Shown here: positions 11,043 to 22,857 of the stretch, piece after piece
How positions within the stretch are numbered: position 1 is the first letter of the stretch
Layout of the letters: each line of letters opens with the position of its first letter
Assembly: GCA_035221665.1 (NCBI GenBank)
Contig: CM069148.1
Span: forward strand, 22,382,001 to 22,446,000
Source: Okamejei kenojei
Lineage: Eukaryota
Direction of reading: 5' to 3'
Length of the DNA: 64,000 nucleotides
The notes under the pieces: model-generated
Told to the model about the DNA's origin: nothing
Databases searched by the model: none
The model's input: the letters and a program-made list of their open reading frames with translations, nothing else
Translations under genes and position numbers: made by a program

Positions 11043-11724
11043 CCTTATTTCACGACAATGAAGACACACTGCGTCGAAGATGCACCCCCAATTTAAGTCG
11101 GTAAATTTCAAGAAAAGGATGGCGGGACAGGATCAAGGGGTTGGTTTAGTCCAGGGGTCGGCAACATCACCTGCATGCCCCGGACTGGCTGCAGTTCCCA
11201 GATCCCTCGTGTCCCTGGGACTGGCTTCAGTTCCCAGATCACTCGTGTCCCTGGGACTGGCTTCAGTTCCCAGATCCCTCGCGTCCCCGGGACTGACTGC
11301 AGTTCCCAGATCCCTCGTGTCCCCGGGACTAGCTGCACTTTCCAAGTCACCTGTGAGCCCGGAACCGGCTGTAGCGCACTGTGTTGCTGGCAGGATCCCC
11401 GACCCCTTCCTTCTCAATGCTCCTGCCCATGCTGACCCGGGCCAGACTCCCCACATGCTGTGAGATTAAACTCCTCCCCCCAGCGGTGCTGTCCTTTTAC
11501 TTCCGCTTCCCACTTTACAGCCGCATCCCATCAGATGCAAGCAATGAGGGTCAGACTTGACTGTCCCTCAGTACAGCAAAATCGTTTTTGATGTTGCTGC
11601 ACTGGGGGATAGCCAAGTCTATCTTTCTTGGCTAACAACCTAACCTTCGGCCTCCAAGACGCAGGTATATTTCTGTGCCGTATTTTTGGGTAAAAAATAG
11701 CATCTTCATTGCCGGGAAATACGG
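11043..11724. mobile_element. Tc2/pogo-type MITE (CCGTATTT TIRs, TA TSD)
   Basis: TA|ccttatttcacgacaatgaagac ... catcttcattgccgggaaatacgg|TA. Confidence 0.8.
11177..11345. repeat. 36-bp minisatellite, ~4.5 copies, inside the MITE
   Basis: Unit GTCCCTGGGACTGGCTTCAGTTCCCAGATCCCTCGT. Confidence 0.92.
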
Positions 11725-12514
11725 TAGTTTTTGTGCAGGCAAACCCCCCCCCTTCTCTCTGCTAATTTCTTGAATACGCTAATCTCAATTAGGTTATTGG
11801 TGGAAATAACCCAGCTGGCTTTTATATCTTGTGGTTGGGTAGAAGAAAAATAATAAAATGCTTCCACATTTGAGTGTGTCCTTGGGGTTCCTACTTATCA
11901 TTGCATTGTCTGGTGACAATATGTATTATGGTCAAGTAATTGTGGCACTCGTTGTCCCAGTAACTTCATATACAGGCACCAGTTAAGAATTATACTTTCT
12001 GACGAAGAAAATTGGCAAGAAAAAATGTTCTTGTGTGCAAATTATAATATGAGCCACGCATTCTTAATTATCTCAAGTTTCAATGCGGAAGGCCCTTCCA
12101 GCCACTGCCAACTTGTCGGTCTAAAATTGCCTCTCCCTTCACTTACTAGGTTTGCATTTTTGTTTTGTTTCTATTCAAAATTGTACGTGCTAATTAGATG
12201 TAGAATTCCTGACCATATAAGGAATTCAAGGAGGAATTTTTGTAGAGGCTGTATTCAGTCATTATTTTTTAGCTAAGTGATTACAAAATCATTATTGTCT
12301 AAATTTTAGTTTGCTGTCAGTATTGCCATATGTTATTCATTGAAAATATTTTATAGCACATTAATATGGTTAGAGCAATTTAAAACTTTTCATCACTCAC
12401 GTGATATGCGTTTAATGGAATTACCATACGAGATGTTCTGAATGTTACTGCTGTACAATGTCAAACATAAATGCTGCTGTATATAATGTTATTCTTTTCT
12501 CCCCAAAATTTTAG

Positions 12515-12608
12515 CAACAACTTTCTTCAATCACATAAACCTTCAGTACAGCACCATCTCGGAGTTCTGCACTGGAGATACGTGTCAAACGATGACTGTG
12601 TGCAACAC
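12515..12608 (+). CDS. MOB2: MOB2 coding exon (94 bp)
   Basis: ttttag|CA...AAC AC|gtaagt. Translates TTTFFNHINLQYSTISEFCTGDTCQTMTVCNT, including the two Zn-binding Cys. Phase is consistent with both neighbouring exons. Confidence 0.97.
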
Positions 12609-13657
12609 GTAAGTATAATTTGGTTCATGGGACAGGTTGCAAATATTAAAGTTACACATTTGTTGTTGTCGATACTCGTATCACAAATTTCAGGATTAAT
12701 ATTCATTTGATGTCAAGTGTTTACCTTCAGATTTTCTTTAATACGTACATTATTGTTTCACATTTTTGCAATACTATGCTGATATATCGAACAGATGACG
12801 GTGGACCCCAACATTATCATGAGACTAATCAAAAATAATGTATCTTTAATGTTTACCAATGTCCTCTAAACTAATGCAATTAATTATGATAATTTTTAAA
12901 AAGTTATGAAGATGAATGTATTTATACCATTGAATCGTGATGGGACAGGAGGAGGCTATTTGGTCTGTCATGTCAATGCTAGGTTCATGTGGAGCTATTC
13001 TATCAATCTCATTCCTCCATTCTTTTATCATAGTCATGAAAGCTTTTCTTTCTCGTGCCTATCCAATTCACTTTAAAAGGGCACTGATTATTTCTGTTTC
13101 CCCCATTTCCTACAGGCAATGAATTCAACATCTACTAATGAGAACAACTTCCCTCTCTCTACCTTCCTAGCCAGTCGTGATCTTGTACATTTCTATCAAA
13201 CTTCTTCTACAACAATCTTTGCTCCAAGGGGAATAACTCCTGCTTTTACAGCTCTAACCTTTGAGCTGAAATATCCTATCCATGGAACGTTAACCCTCGG
13301 TAAATTGCATATAAATATATAATTTCTTAAAATTAATTGACATCAATAATTGGTAAAATTGACATACAGAATAAAAATTGTTGCAGATCCTTGTAAATCC
13401 AAATGCAATGTTGGAAATATTATGTAGGTCAGGCAGCATCAATGGAAAGAGAAACAGAGATCATGTTTAGATTGAAAATCCTTGATCAGAACTGGGAAAG
13501 TGAGAACATTGTTTTAAATTATAAAGAGGGTGGGGTTATGATGATGGGAATATCTCTGATAGTGTGCGGACAGCCTGGTAATCCTGATTTGTTTATAGCG
13601 CTGTCTTCTTAGTTAATTAGGTTATCAAGAGAAATAGTGAGGAAAGAGACATTTTAA

Positions 13658-13911
13658 AGGGTCTGTCCCACTTAGCGATTTTTTTTTTTCGGCGACTGCT
13701 TGTGTCATATCAGTGTTGTCAAAAGATTGTGAACATTTCAAAATCCAGCAGCTACAACAAAAATGTTGCGACACTTGAAAAAACAGCGTGTCAATACGTC
13801 ATCACACCACGTCAACGCCACATCGCGCCGCAAATTTTTCGGTGGCCTGATACGTCCGCCAATGATGCCGGCAGTCGCAGAAAAAAATTGGCAAGTGCCA
13901 AGACAGGCCCT
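13658..13911. mobile_element. PIF/Harbinger-type MITE (254 bp)
   Basis: TAA|agggtctgtcccactt ... caagacaggccct|TAA, with subterminal ggcgactgc/gcagtcgc inverted repeats. Confidence 0.8.
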
Positions 13912-13954
13912 TAAAGCTGTGGATATGCATGTGAAAGAAATCACTGAAACGGAA

Positions 13955-14085
13955 ACTCAAAAGGAGAAGGAGTAACTCGGCAGGACAGGCAGCATCTCTG
14001 GAAAGAAGGAATTGGTGACATTTTGGGTCGAGACCCTTCTTCAGACCTATCTTTGGTTTAATCCAGCATCTGCAGTTCCTTTTTA
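13955..14085. mobile_element. Penelope-derived hammerhead micro-element with inverted tail
   Basis: ggagtaactc...ggtgacattttgggtcgagacccttcttcagac, then reverse-orientation tatctttggtttaatccagcatctgcagttcct. Confidence 0.75.
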
Positions 14086-14877
14086 CTCAAGGGTAATGTT
14101 GGAAATGCCTAGCACGTCAGGAACTTGGCAAATTCACTTTTTCCATTTGTATCAAAACTGGTCAGTTATTCATCTGTAATGTAAACTCAGTTTTTCTCTC
14201 CCCACAGGAACCACCTTTTAGTTTTTGGCTTAGTAAGTCAGATCAAGTCAACTTTATTGTTAGATGCACCAGTATGGTGAGGTACAGATGCAATGAAAAT
14301 ATTGTTTGCAAAGGATTCATAGGCACAGGTTCAAGCAACGCACAAAGCAGACATTGTACGTACATTGTGCAAAATAGTGAAAATTACACAATGAGAAAAC
14401 AAGTCTATGGTAGTGCAAGAGGAGGTCTGTAGTGTTACATTGCTGAGGTAAGACTAGGGTTGTGCAGGTGGGTTCAAGAACCTGATTGTTGCAAGAAAGT
14501 GAACCTGATGGTGTGGGACAAAAATTAGTTGGCCTTTAATGTAAATATATAGGCTTAAATCTAGATTATATTTTTCTTGTAATTGAAGGAATCTCAAAGT
14601 TAGCCACAGCTGTTGCTCAGACTTTAAAGAAATAAACTGTCCGTTAGTGAAACAACAATCTATATTTGTGTCTCCTTTGATGTATGTGGCTGGGAGCATA
14701 CTTTTGGCTAGCTGCTTTATCACCCTTTGGAAAATAATTTGCTCGTCCTTTTGATGTATTCTTTAAATTTCCATCTTGTACATATTTTGGCTAAAGGAGA
14801 TTATTTCTTTAGTGTGCGAGCCTGTAATTTCCTCAAAGTGTGCTCAGAACCTGCAAAAAAGTTTTTTTTTTAAAAAT

Positions 14878-15868
14878 CAAAGAAGACCTCCACAGCTGAT
14901 GACAGAAGAATTCTCTCTATAATAAAGAAAAATATCCCCAAACACCTGTCCGACAGTTCAGAAACACTCTTCAGGAGTCAGGTGTGGATTTGTCACTGAC
15001 CACTGTCCGCAGAAGACTTAATGAACAGAAACGCAGAGACTACACTGCAAGATGCAAACTAGTGGTTAGCCGCAAAAATAGGATGGCCAGGATACAGTTT
15101 GCCAAGAAAGACTTAAAAGAGCAACCACAGTTCTGGAAGAAGGTCTTGTGGACAGATGAGACGACGATTAACATATCAGAGTGATGGCAAGAGTAAAGTA
15201 TGGAGGAGAGGAGGAACTGCCCAAGTTCCAAATCATACCACCTCATTTATGAAACACGGTGGTGGGGATATTATGGTCTGGGCATGTATGGCTGTTGAAG
15301 ATACTGGCTCACTTATCTTCATTGATGATACAACTGCTGATGGTAGTAGCATAATGAATTCCGAAGTGTAAGACACATCCTATCTGCTCAAGTTCAAACC
15401 AATGCCTCAAAACTCATTGGCCGGCGGTTCATTCTACAGCAAGACAATGATCCCAAGCATACTGCTAAAGCATCAAAGGAGTTTTTCAAAGCTAAAAAAT
15501 GATTGAGTGGCCATGTCAATCACCCGATCTGAACCCAATTGATCATGGCTTTTATATGCTGAAGTGAAAACTGAAGGGGATTAGCTTCCAAAACAAGCAT
15601 AAGCTAAAGATGGCTGCAATACAGGCCTGGCAGAGCATCACCAGAAAAGTTACCCAGGAACTGGTGCCCTGAAATGGGGAGGGGGGGACCATATATAAGC
15701 ATTGATGTAATTTCTACATTGTGAAACCAATATGTAGAAAAATGGCCTTTATTAAAATGTGACTTTAACCACATGCAATTTTTTTCCTATTACAAATCTA
15801 AAATTGTGGACTACAGATGCAAATAAATAAATGATGGGTCTTTGTTCCAAACTTTGTGGAGGGCACTC
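14878..15868 (+). mobile_element. Tc1 copy 2, 5'-truncated, with right TIR
   Basis: Colinear with copy 1 from ~7361 (VLWTDE, QQDNDPKHT, SPDLNPID). Ends ...gtggagggcactc|TA. Has a 114-bp internal deletion. Confidence 0.92.
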
Positions 15869-16829
15869 TATATTCTCAATATCTCAATATCCAAAGTGTG
15901 CAGGAATCTGTTGATCTGAACCTTCACTTCCCACCTGTCATTCCCACAATGGCATTGACTCAGTTAATGCCAGTGATCCTGTCTTAAATTGTTGATCCCA
16001 GTCCTTTCAAAACCTCATTCATCAGCTTGATTAAAACAAAATGTCAATCACTTTTCAAAATGCATTTTTGTTTGTCCCTTAAGTACTTCAGCATGTCAAT
16101 GGAGTATTGAAATATGCCCAACCAACTCCATGTTGAATTCCTCAAAGTGCTTCAACCATCATTATGGTACTGAATAAAACGGTTCGATGATTGCAACTTC
16201 GTCAGTATTTATTGTGATGTCCTCAGCACAAGCTCTATTGCATCACCCTCTTGTCCTGTGTGGTCACTTCGCTTTATCGTCTATTTGTTGGTGTGCCATA
16301 GGATATTGGGTGATGCACTTGAATTTCCAGTATGAACATCTCTGTTCCCTAAGCTTTTCTGTTTCTTCACCTTTCTCCCCCTACAATATAACCATGTTTC
16401 AATTATCCATCCTTATCTCTGGTTGTTTTGCTTAAACGTTGTCCCAACATCCTGCCAAGGAAATTGGAAGCTTTTTATTAATTACTAGACCAACTGGGAC
16501 CCGTTGGATCCCAGTCACACGGGAGGCCTGGTCCCCCAACGCAACCCGTTCCCCAAGGCAATATTCCACCATTTGCCCATTTCCCCAACGCAACCCGTTC
16601 CCCCAATGCAACATTTGACCACTCATAGCCCCCCCAACTGCGCAGGGTCTGCTTATTTTGCCTTATTCACCCTCCCTCATTTTAAACTTTAAACAATAAT
16701 TGGTGTACTGTGACTTTAAGAAAAATGCATTTGCACCTGTTAGAGGTAGCAGGACTCGGTGTACTTGGATAGCAACAATGTTGCAAGCAGGGCTACAATC
16801 CCATTGTAACGTTGTAGCTGTAAGCACAG

Positions 16830-19800
16830 TGTAAAGTCTATGCGCATACACAGATGAATCTTTACTACAATTTTATTAATTATACACACACATCACTGCC
16901 CTAGCTGTACGTGGTCTGTCACGGACACTAGAGAAAGAGCTATGGGTGGGAAGGTCACAATTATACTAGATGATGGGGGAGTGGTTAAGAAGGGCTGCGT
17001 CACTACTGTTAAAGGTGTACACACATATCATCTATATCCTTCCTCTATAAAAAACAAAACAACGAGCAGTGACAGGGCGACTACGGACATGCGCTAAGGG
17101 AGAGTAAACAGCAGTAATACAGGAACTCAAAATCACAAGTAATCACCATAACGATCTGGCGGCTTGACAAGGCGACCAGACCGGGTCCGAACCTCGCCAA
17201 CACATCCTCCCCCAACGAGAATGAGAGGGACCGGCGCCCAGGCAGGAGGGGAGCCCCTGACAGGAGAACCCCAGGGTGACGGAGGCAGTGGAGAAGATGG
17301 AGAGGGGGGAGACGAGAAGGCCGGAGAACCAGGGAGCACAGCGGGAGGGTGCACCGGAGAGGGCCGAGAGGGAGGAGGACTGTGCAAGGTGGGCACGGTA
17401 CGAGGCGGCAAGGTTGGCACAGGGGGGGCATACGGAGCAGCCGGAGGGGGACGAGGCTTGTTCACGAGCCGGAGGTGTTGACGAGACCTCTGGTAGAACG
17501 TACCATCGCGGTTGACCAGGTATGAACGAGGGGAAGGAGGCAGACCGCATACCGACGACCTGGCCAGGAAAGAGAGGACAGAGGACACGGCAGGACTTGT
17601 CATGGGAGCGCTTCTGGATGCGGTGTTTGTGGGCGATGCGCTTCCGGACCGTGGCAGGTTTAAGAACGGAGGGAGCAAGCGACTGCTGTGTCACTGGGAT
17701 CGGAGGCCACGTAACACGGGACATGAGGCGCTGAGCTGGGGAACCCAGGGTATGGTCGCGGGAGATGTTGCAGAGGTTCAGTAGGGCTAGGTAAATGTTG
17801 GAGCGGGACAAGCAACAACGTTCCAGCAATCCTTTAGCACTGCGGACCGCGTGCTCAGCCTGGCCGTTGCTTTGCGGGTACTCTGGGCTGCTGGAGTAGT
17901 GACGGAAATTCCAGTGGTCAGCAAAAGCACGGAACTCAGCACTGGTGAATTGACTGCCGTTGTCCGACTGCAGGCTGGCCGGGGAACCAAAAGTAGCGAA
18001 GTGGCGGCGCAGCTTTTCGATGACAGCAGATGAAGATAGAGAGTGAAGCTGGTCAACCTCCAACCAGCTGGAGTAAGAGTCGACAAGCACTAGAAAATGC
18101 TTTCCGCGCCACTCGAAAATGCCAGTTGCCAGCGCAGACCAGGGGAGGTCGGGAGCAGGCTGCTGCAAGAGGGGCTGCCGCTGCTGTTGCGGGGCGAGGC
18201 TGTTACAAGTAGGGCAGGAGGAAACCCTATCCCGGAAATAACGAGCCATATCAGGCCAGTAGAACTGGCTCTGAGCGATGGAAAGAGTGGCTTCGGCCCC
18301 GGGATGGCCTCGATGAGCAGTTTCAAAGTATTGATCTCGAAGTGCTGCGGGCACCACCACCTTGTGCCCCTTCACAATCACACCGTCACGCAGCACCAGC
18401 TGGACACGAACCAGAAAATAAGGCACCGCTGCGGCCGGCAGGGAAGAACGGCGGTCTGGCCAGCCCTGCTTGATAACCGCGGCCAGCTGTTGTAGCGAAG
18501 CGTCAGACGCCGTGTGCTGGACCAAAGATTTCATCTGATTAGAGGGCATGAAATTAATGTTGACAACTATCAAATCGGACGCCTCGTGGGGGTGACGTAT
18601 TGTGGACGCGAGGGGCGCCCGAGACAGCGTGTCGGCAACAAACATGTCCTTGCCTTTGCGATAAACCACAGTAAAAGTGAACCGTTGTAGCTGAAGCTTC
18701 ATGCGCTGAGGCCGAGAAGAGGCCACGTGTATCGGCTTGTTGAGGATAGTAACCAGAGGCTGGTGGTCCGTCTCAATAGAAAAACAGGTGCCCAGAATAT
18801 AGTCCTTGAACTTTGAGCAGGCAAAGACGACAGCCAGCAATTCTTTTTCGATTTGGGCATAGCGCTGTTCGGCGGGAGTCATCGTACGGGATGCGTAGGA
18901 CACGGGCAGTGTACTCCGTTGTGGAGCTGCAAGCAGGCGGCTCCGAGGATAAACTTGGACGCATTGCATGTGAGAACAATGGGGCGCTGGAGGTCGAAAT
19001 ACTTCAGCGTTGGGGTGCTGACCAACCTGGATTTGAGAATGTCAAAAGCCTTCTGGTGTTGCGGGAACCAGGCCCAGGCAGTGTCCTTTTTTACCAGGTC
19101 TCTCAGAGGTGCGCTCAGCTCGCTTAGGTCAGGGAGGAACTTTCCCAGGCAGTTGACCATGCCCAGGAAACGCTGGAGGCCCAGCACGTCAGCAGGCGCA
19201 GGCATCACGGATATAGCGGCCGTCTTCTGCGGGTCGGGCTTCAGCCCCGATGCTGTGAAGACGTGTCCCATGTAGGTGACCTCAGGGACACGAAACCGGC
19301 ATTTTTTTTGGTTAAGCTTCAGGTTGTCTTCCCGAGCTCGTTCCAGGACCTGGCGGAGGTTATGGTCGTGCTCAGCGACATCCTTCCCGTAGACTAGGAT
19401 GTCGTCGACAATGATGGCACACGGGAGCCCGGCAAACAGTTGTTCCATTGTCCTTTGGAACACCTCACTGGCAGAGTTGATTCCGAACGGCATGCGGAGA
19501 AAACGAAACCTGCCAAAGGGTGTGCTGAACGTTGTCAGGTATGAAGACTGTTCGTCGAGTGGTATCTGCCAGAACGAGCTCTTGGCGTCGAGAACCGAAA
19601 ACACAGTGGCAGGACCAACTTGTGCAGCAACATCTTCAACGGTTCGCATGGGGTAGTGCGGGCGTTTGATGGCCAAGTTCAGATCCTTTGGGCTGATACA
19701 GATTCGTAGTTCACTCTTATCCTTCTTTGCAGCGACGACCATGGTAGAGACCCACCGGGTGGGCTCACTCACCTCCTTCAGGATGCCCATGGTCACCATT

Positions 19801-21485
19801 TCACAAAGTGTAGACTCGACTTTGTCTTTCATCGGGAAGGACACCCGGTGCGGTGGGCGGATGACGGGTTCGATATCCGGATTGAGGGCGATTTTGTAGC
19901 TGCAGGGAAGCTTCCCCAGCTTGGCGTCGAAACGGTCCCGGTATTCGGCCAGCGGGTCCAGGGGTGACTGCACTAAGCGAATGTCACGGTGGAAGTTCAC
20001 CAATCCGAGGTCTTGGCAAGCCCGAATGCCTAGCAGGGGGTCACATTTACTGTCCAGCAGAAAGAAAGAGAGGGGCCGAGAGACCTTCAGTACCTTGCAG
20101 TGGAGAGTGGCCTTCCCCACAGGAACGAGCACGCCTCCCCCATAGGCACGTAAAACAGAGCGGTCAGTGGTAACAAGCTCATTATGTCGTATCTTCTGGA
20201 ACAAGCTTGTTGACATAACGTTGGCAGCAGCCCCCGTGTCGACTTTAGCAGAGAAGGTGGTGCCATTCACAGTGACTCGCACGGTCGGGTACGTTATCAG
20301 TGCAGGTGCATTTCGCAGCGAAAAAACACTCAGCTCGCTCTGGGAAGAGCTCGAATCAGACAGGGGGAGTTCTTCTTGCTGGTGATGGGAACCAGACGCC
20401 ATATCAGCACTTGTCAGGTCGAGGGCTTCTGCTGTGGCTGTACAGGCTTCCCAAGGGAACGACGCGCCACTGAGAAATGGTTTTGCTTGTGGCAGAAATT
20501 ACAGGTCCTTCCCAGTGCAGGACAAACATTAAAACGATGCAAAGCAAAGTTGCAATTCGGGCAGCGTTGACGGGGTCTGGACCGGGCAAGGGCTTACCCG
20601 CTGTCGCTGTGGAGCAGAGTACTGACGGCCGACGAAACTGGCCGCGTGGACCTCATGATCGGGCGGCAACACGGCGGAGGAGACAGCCTCTGCCAGGCAA
20701 GAGGCACGCAATGCCACGTTAAAAGTCAGATCAGGCTTGCGAAGGAGCTCAGATCGCAGCTTCTCATCCCGGAGGCCATAGACCAAAATGTCCCGGGTTA
20801 AAGTTTCAGGGGTTAAAGCATCCAGGCCGCAGCGGTGAGCCAGGTGCCGCAACGCGGCAACAACATTTTCGACCGATTCCCCAGGGTTTTGGCGGCGGCC
20901 GAAAAGTTTGAAACGCTCCAGGATACAGTTAGTAGGGACATCACACAACTCAGTAAACTTTGCAAGTAAACATACCGGGTCCTGAGCATTCTCGTTGACC
21001 CCGTAGACGAACGGGTCCGATCGCTCCAGAGCTTCGGGACCGGCCAAGTTGAGCAGGAGAGAGGCTTTGACCGCAGGGGCAACCGCAGGGTGAGCGATGG
21101 TAACGTAGTGCTCAAAGTCACGTCTGAAAACGCTCCAGCGGTGAGCGATGTCAGCATCAAAGATCAGGATGTCAGGTTTACGACAAGCAGAAGCCATCGC
21201 GACACAGGGAGGGGGTACTGGGACTAAAGAAACAAAAACCGATAGACAGGAGAAGCAGGGTAAAAACTTCTGACGCCATGTAAAGTCTATGTACATACAC
21301 AGATGAATATTTACTACAACTTTATTAATTATACACACACATCACTGCCCTAGTTGTACGTGGTCTGTCACGGACTCTAGAGAGAGAGCTATGGGTGGGA
21401 AGGTCACAATTATACTAGATGATGGGGGAGTGGTTAAGAAGGGCTGCGTCACTACTGTTAAAGGTGTACACACATATCATCTACA
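16830..21485 (-). mobile_element. Full-length Ty3/Gypsy LTR retrotransposon (4656 bp)
   Basis: 207-bp LTRs (16830-17036, 21279-21485; 8 differences), 5-bp TSD CACAG (16825-16829, 21486-21490), PBS TGGCGTCAGAAGT (21278-21266), PPT AGAGGAAGGA (17046-17037). Domain order gag-PR-RT-RH-IN. Confidence 0.97.
17133..21197 (-). pseudogene. Gypsy gag-pol, frameshifted
   Basis: Gag from MASACRKP; Zn knuckles CPNCNFALHRFNVC and CNFCHKQNHFSVAR; protease VDTGA; RT LDAKSSFWQ/RMPFG/IVDD; RNase H TCNAS, YAQIEKE, TDHQPL, ADTLSR; integrase HHCC, DNGSQF, SNGQAE; C-terminal TRSGRLVKPPDRY. Split across at least four ORFs. Confidence 0.92.
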
Positions 21486-21714
21486 CACAGGGAACACATT
21501 TTTCTCAAATTGGGGTTTTGTAAATCTAAAAATGTCAATAATGTGAAACATAACCAAATCTGAAGGAAACTTGACACAAACGAGCACGAGACAAAGATGA
21601 ACAAGGTGGTGCAAACATTTTTGCTCTATTGTGCACCATTTTGGCCTAGTTCCTTGAGATCGCACACACGCAGACAGACCGACGTCCAAACAAGACAAGA
21701 CTTTTAGTAATATA

Positions 21715-22323
21715 CTAGACCAAGTGGGACCCGTTGTGCCCGTCCCCAACGCAACCCGTTTCCACCATTCACCCATTCCCCCAATGTAACCTGTTCCCCC
21801 AACGCAATATTCCACCACTCACCCATAGCCCCGACGAGAGGCCTGGTCCCCCAATGCAACCCGTGCCTAAACGTAAGATTCCACCACTCCCCTCCCTCCC
21901 CCAGCACTGGGCTTTAAAAAAAAAATCCAATTGCGCTTCCCCACCTCCCCCAGCACTTCCAATTCCACTTCCCTTGGCCCCTCCCCCTCCTGTTCAGTCA
22001 CTTGCTGCCAGGACCCCGAATGATGGCAATATTGTTCCAAATGTCGGGTGGCGGACTGAGATCCCATTGTGATGTCATTAGCTGCAACTGCCAGCACTGA
22101 AGTGTCGAAGTGATTATCAAAGTGAATTTAGTAAGCTTAAAAATGTGATAAATTGTGAAATATAAGATCAATCTGAATGAAACTTGATACAAACAACCAC
22201 AGGTCAATGGAGAGTAAGGTGGTGCAAAAATATTTGCGGTATTGTGAACCGTTTTGCTGTAGTTTTTTGGGATCACCCGCACGCAGACAGACGTCCAAAC
22301 AAGACGAGACATTTAGTAATAGA
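21715..22323 (-). mobile_element. Non-autonomous Helitron copy 2, head-to-tail with copy 1
   Basis: CTAG at 21715-21718 with hairpin gggac...gtccc. The minus-strand 5' end TCTATTACTAAA abuts (GATA)n at 22321-22348. Confidence 0.7.
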
Positions 22324-22763
22324 TAGATAGATAGATAGATAGATAGATGGATAATTACCTCAAAAAAATGTAAATGTTTCTTTTTAAGCTCATTGCAAAA
22401 GCTGCTATTTAAAATTAGATTTTGACATTTATAACTATAACAATTTTAACTTGTTATAATAAGGACCCAAAGTGGGTGTTTTACTACCAGTACTAATTAG
22501 TAAAATAGTTTACAATTCACAATTTAGATGGGAAACATGGGCCAATGGCACATTCAAGGTTGTGTTTGCTTCCTGGTTAATGTTAACTGATTCAGCTTGA
22601 AATTGGCATTGTTGTAAAAAAATTGTTGCAAAAAATCTGAAGAACAGATTTTAAAATCTTCTAGCACTTTCATAAGGAATTACAGTTTTATAAATCCTTA
22701 AAGGCTTGAGCACTAAACTGGTGGGAATTTCACTTGTTTGCACCCAGTAAATGTTAAACGAAT

Positions 22764-22857
22764 GTAGACAAAAATGCTGGAGAAACTCAGGGGGTGAGGC
22801 AGCATCTATGGAGCGAAGGAAATAGGCAACGTTTCGGGTCGAAACCCTTCTTCAGAT
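22764..22857 (-). mobile_element. Penelope-derived hammerhead micro-element (best-preserved core)
   Basis: Minus strand ATCTGAAGAAGGGTTTCGACCCGAAACGTTGCCT. Flanking near-duplication TGTTAAAYGAAT (22752-22763, 22864-22875). Confidence 0.85.

Larger units (their letters stand above)
16485..21714 (-). mobile_element. Non-autonomous Helitron copy 1 (split by the Gypsy insertion)
   Basis: Minus-strand 3' end: hairpin GGGATCCAACGGGTCCC, then CTAG (16488-16485) followed by T. The 5' part (21491-21714) has TATATTACTAAAA and a (GTCT)-like microsatellite and is homologous to copy 2. Confidence 0.7.

Noticed and set aside
11080-11463. Repeat protein ORFs, or a CRISPR-like 36-bp array
   Set aside because: Contiguous tandem units without unique spacers, inside a MITE in eukaryotic DNA; no cas genes.
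17133-21338. Domesticated Gypsy-derived host gene
   Set aside because: Retains both LTRs and the TSD, and has several frameshifts plus catalytic-site changes (RNase H D to N, knuckle C to R); an ordinary decaying insertion.
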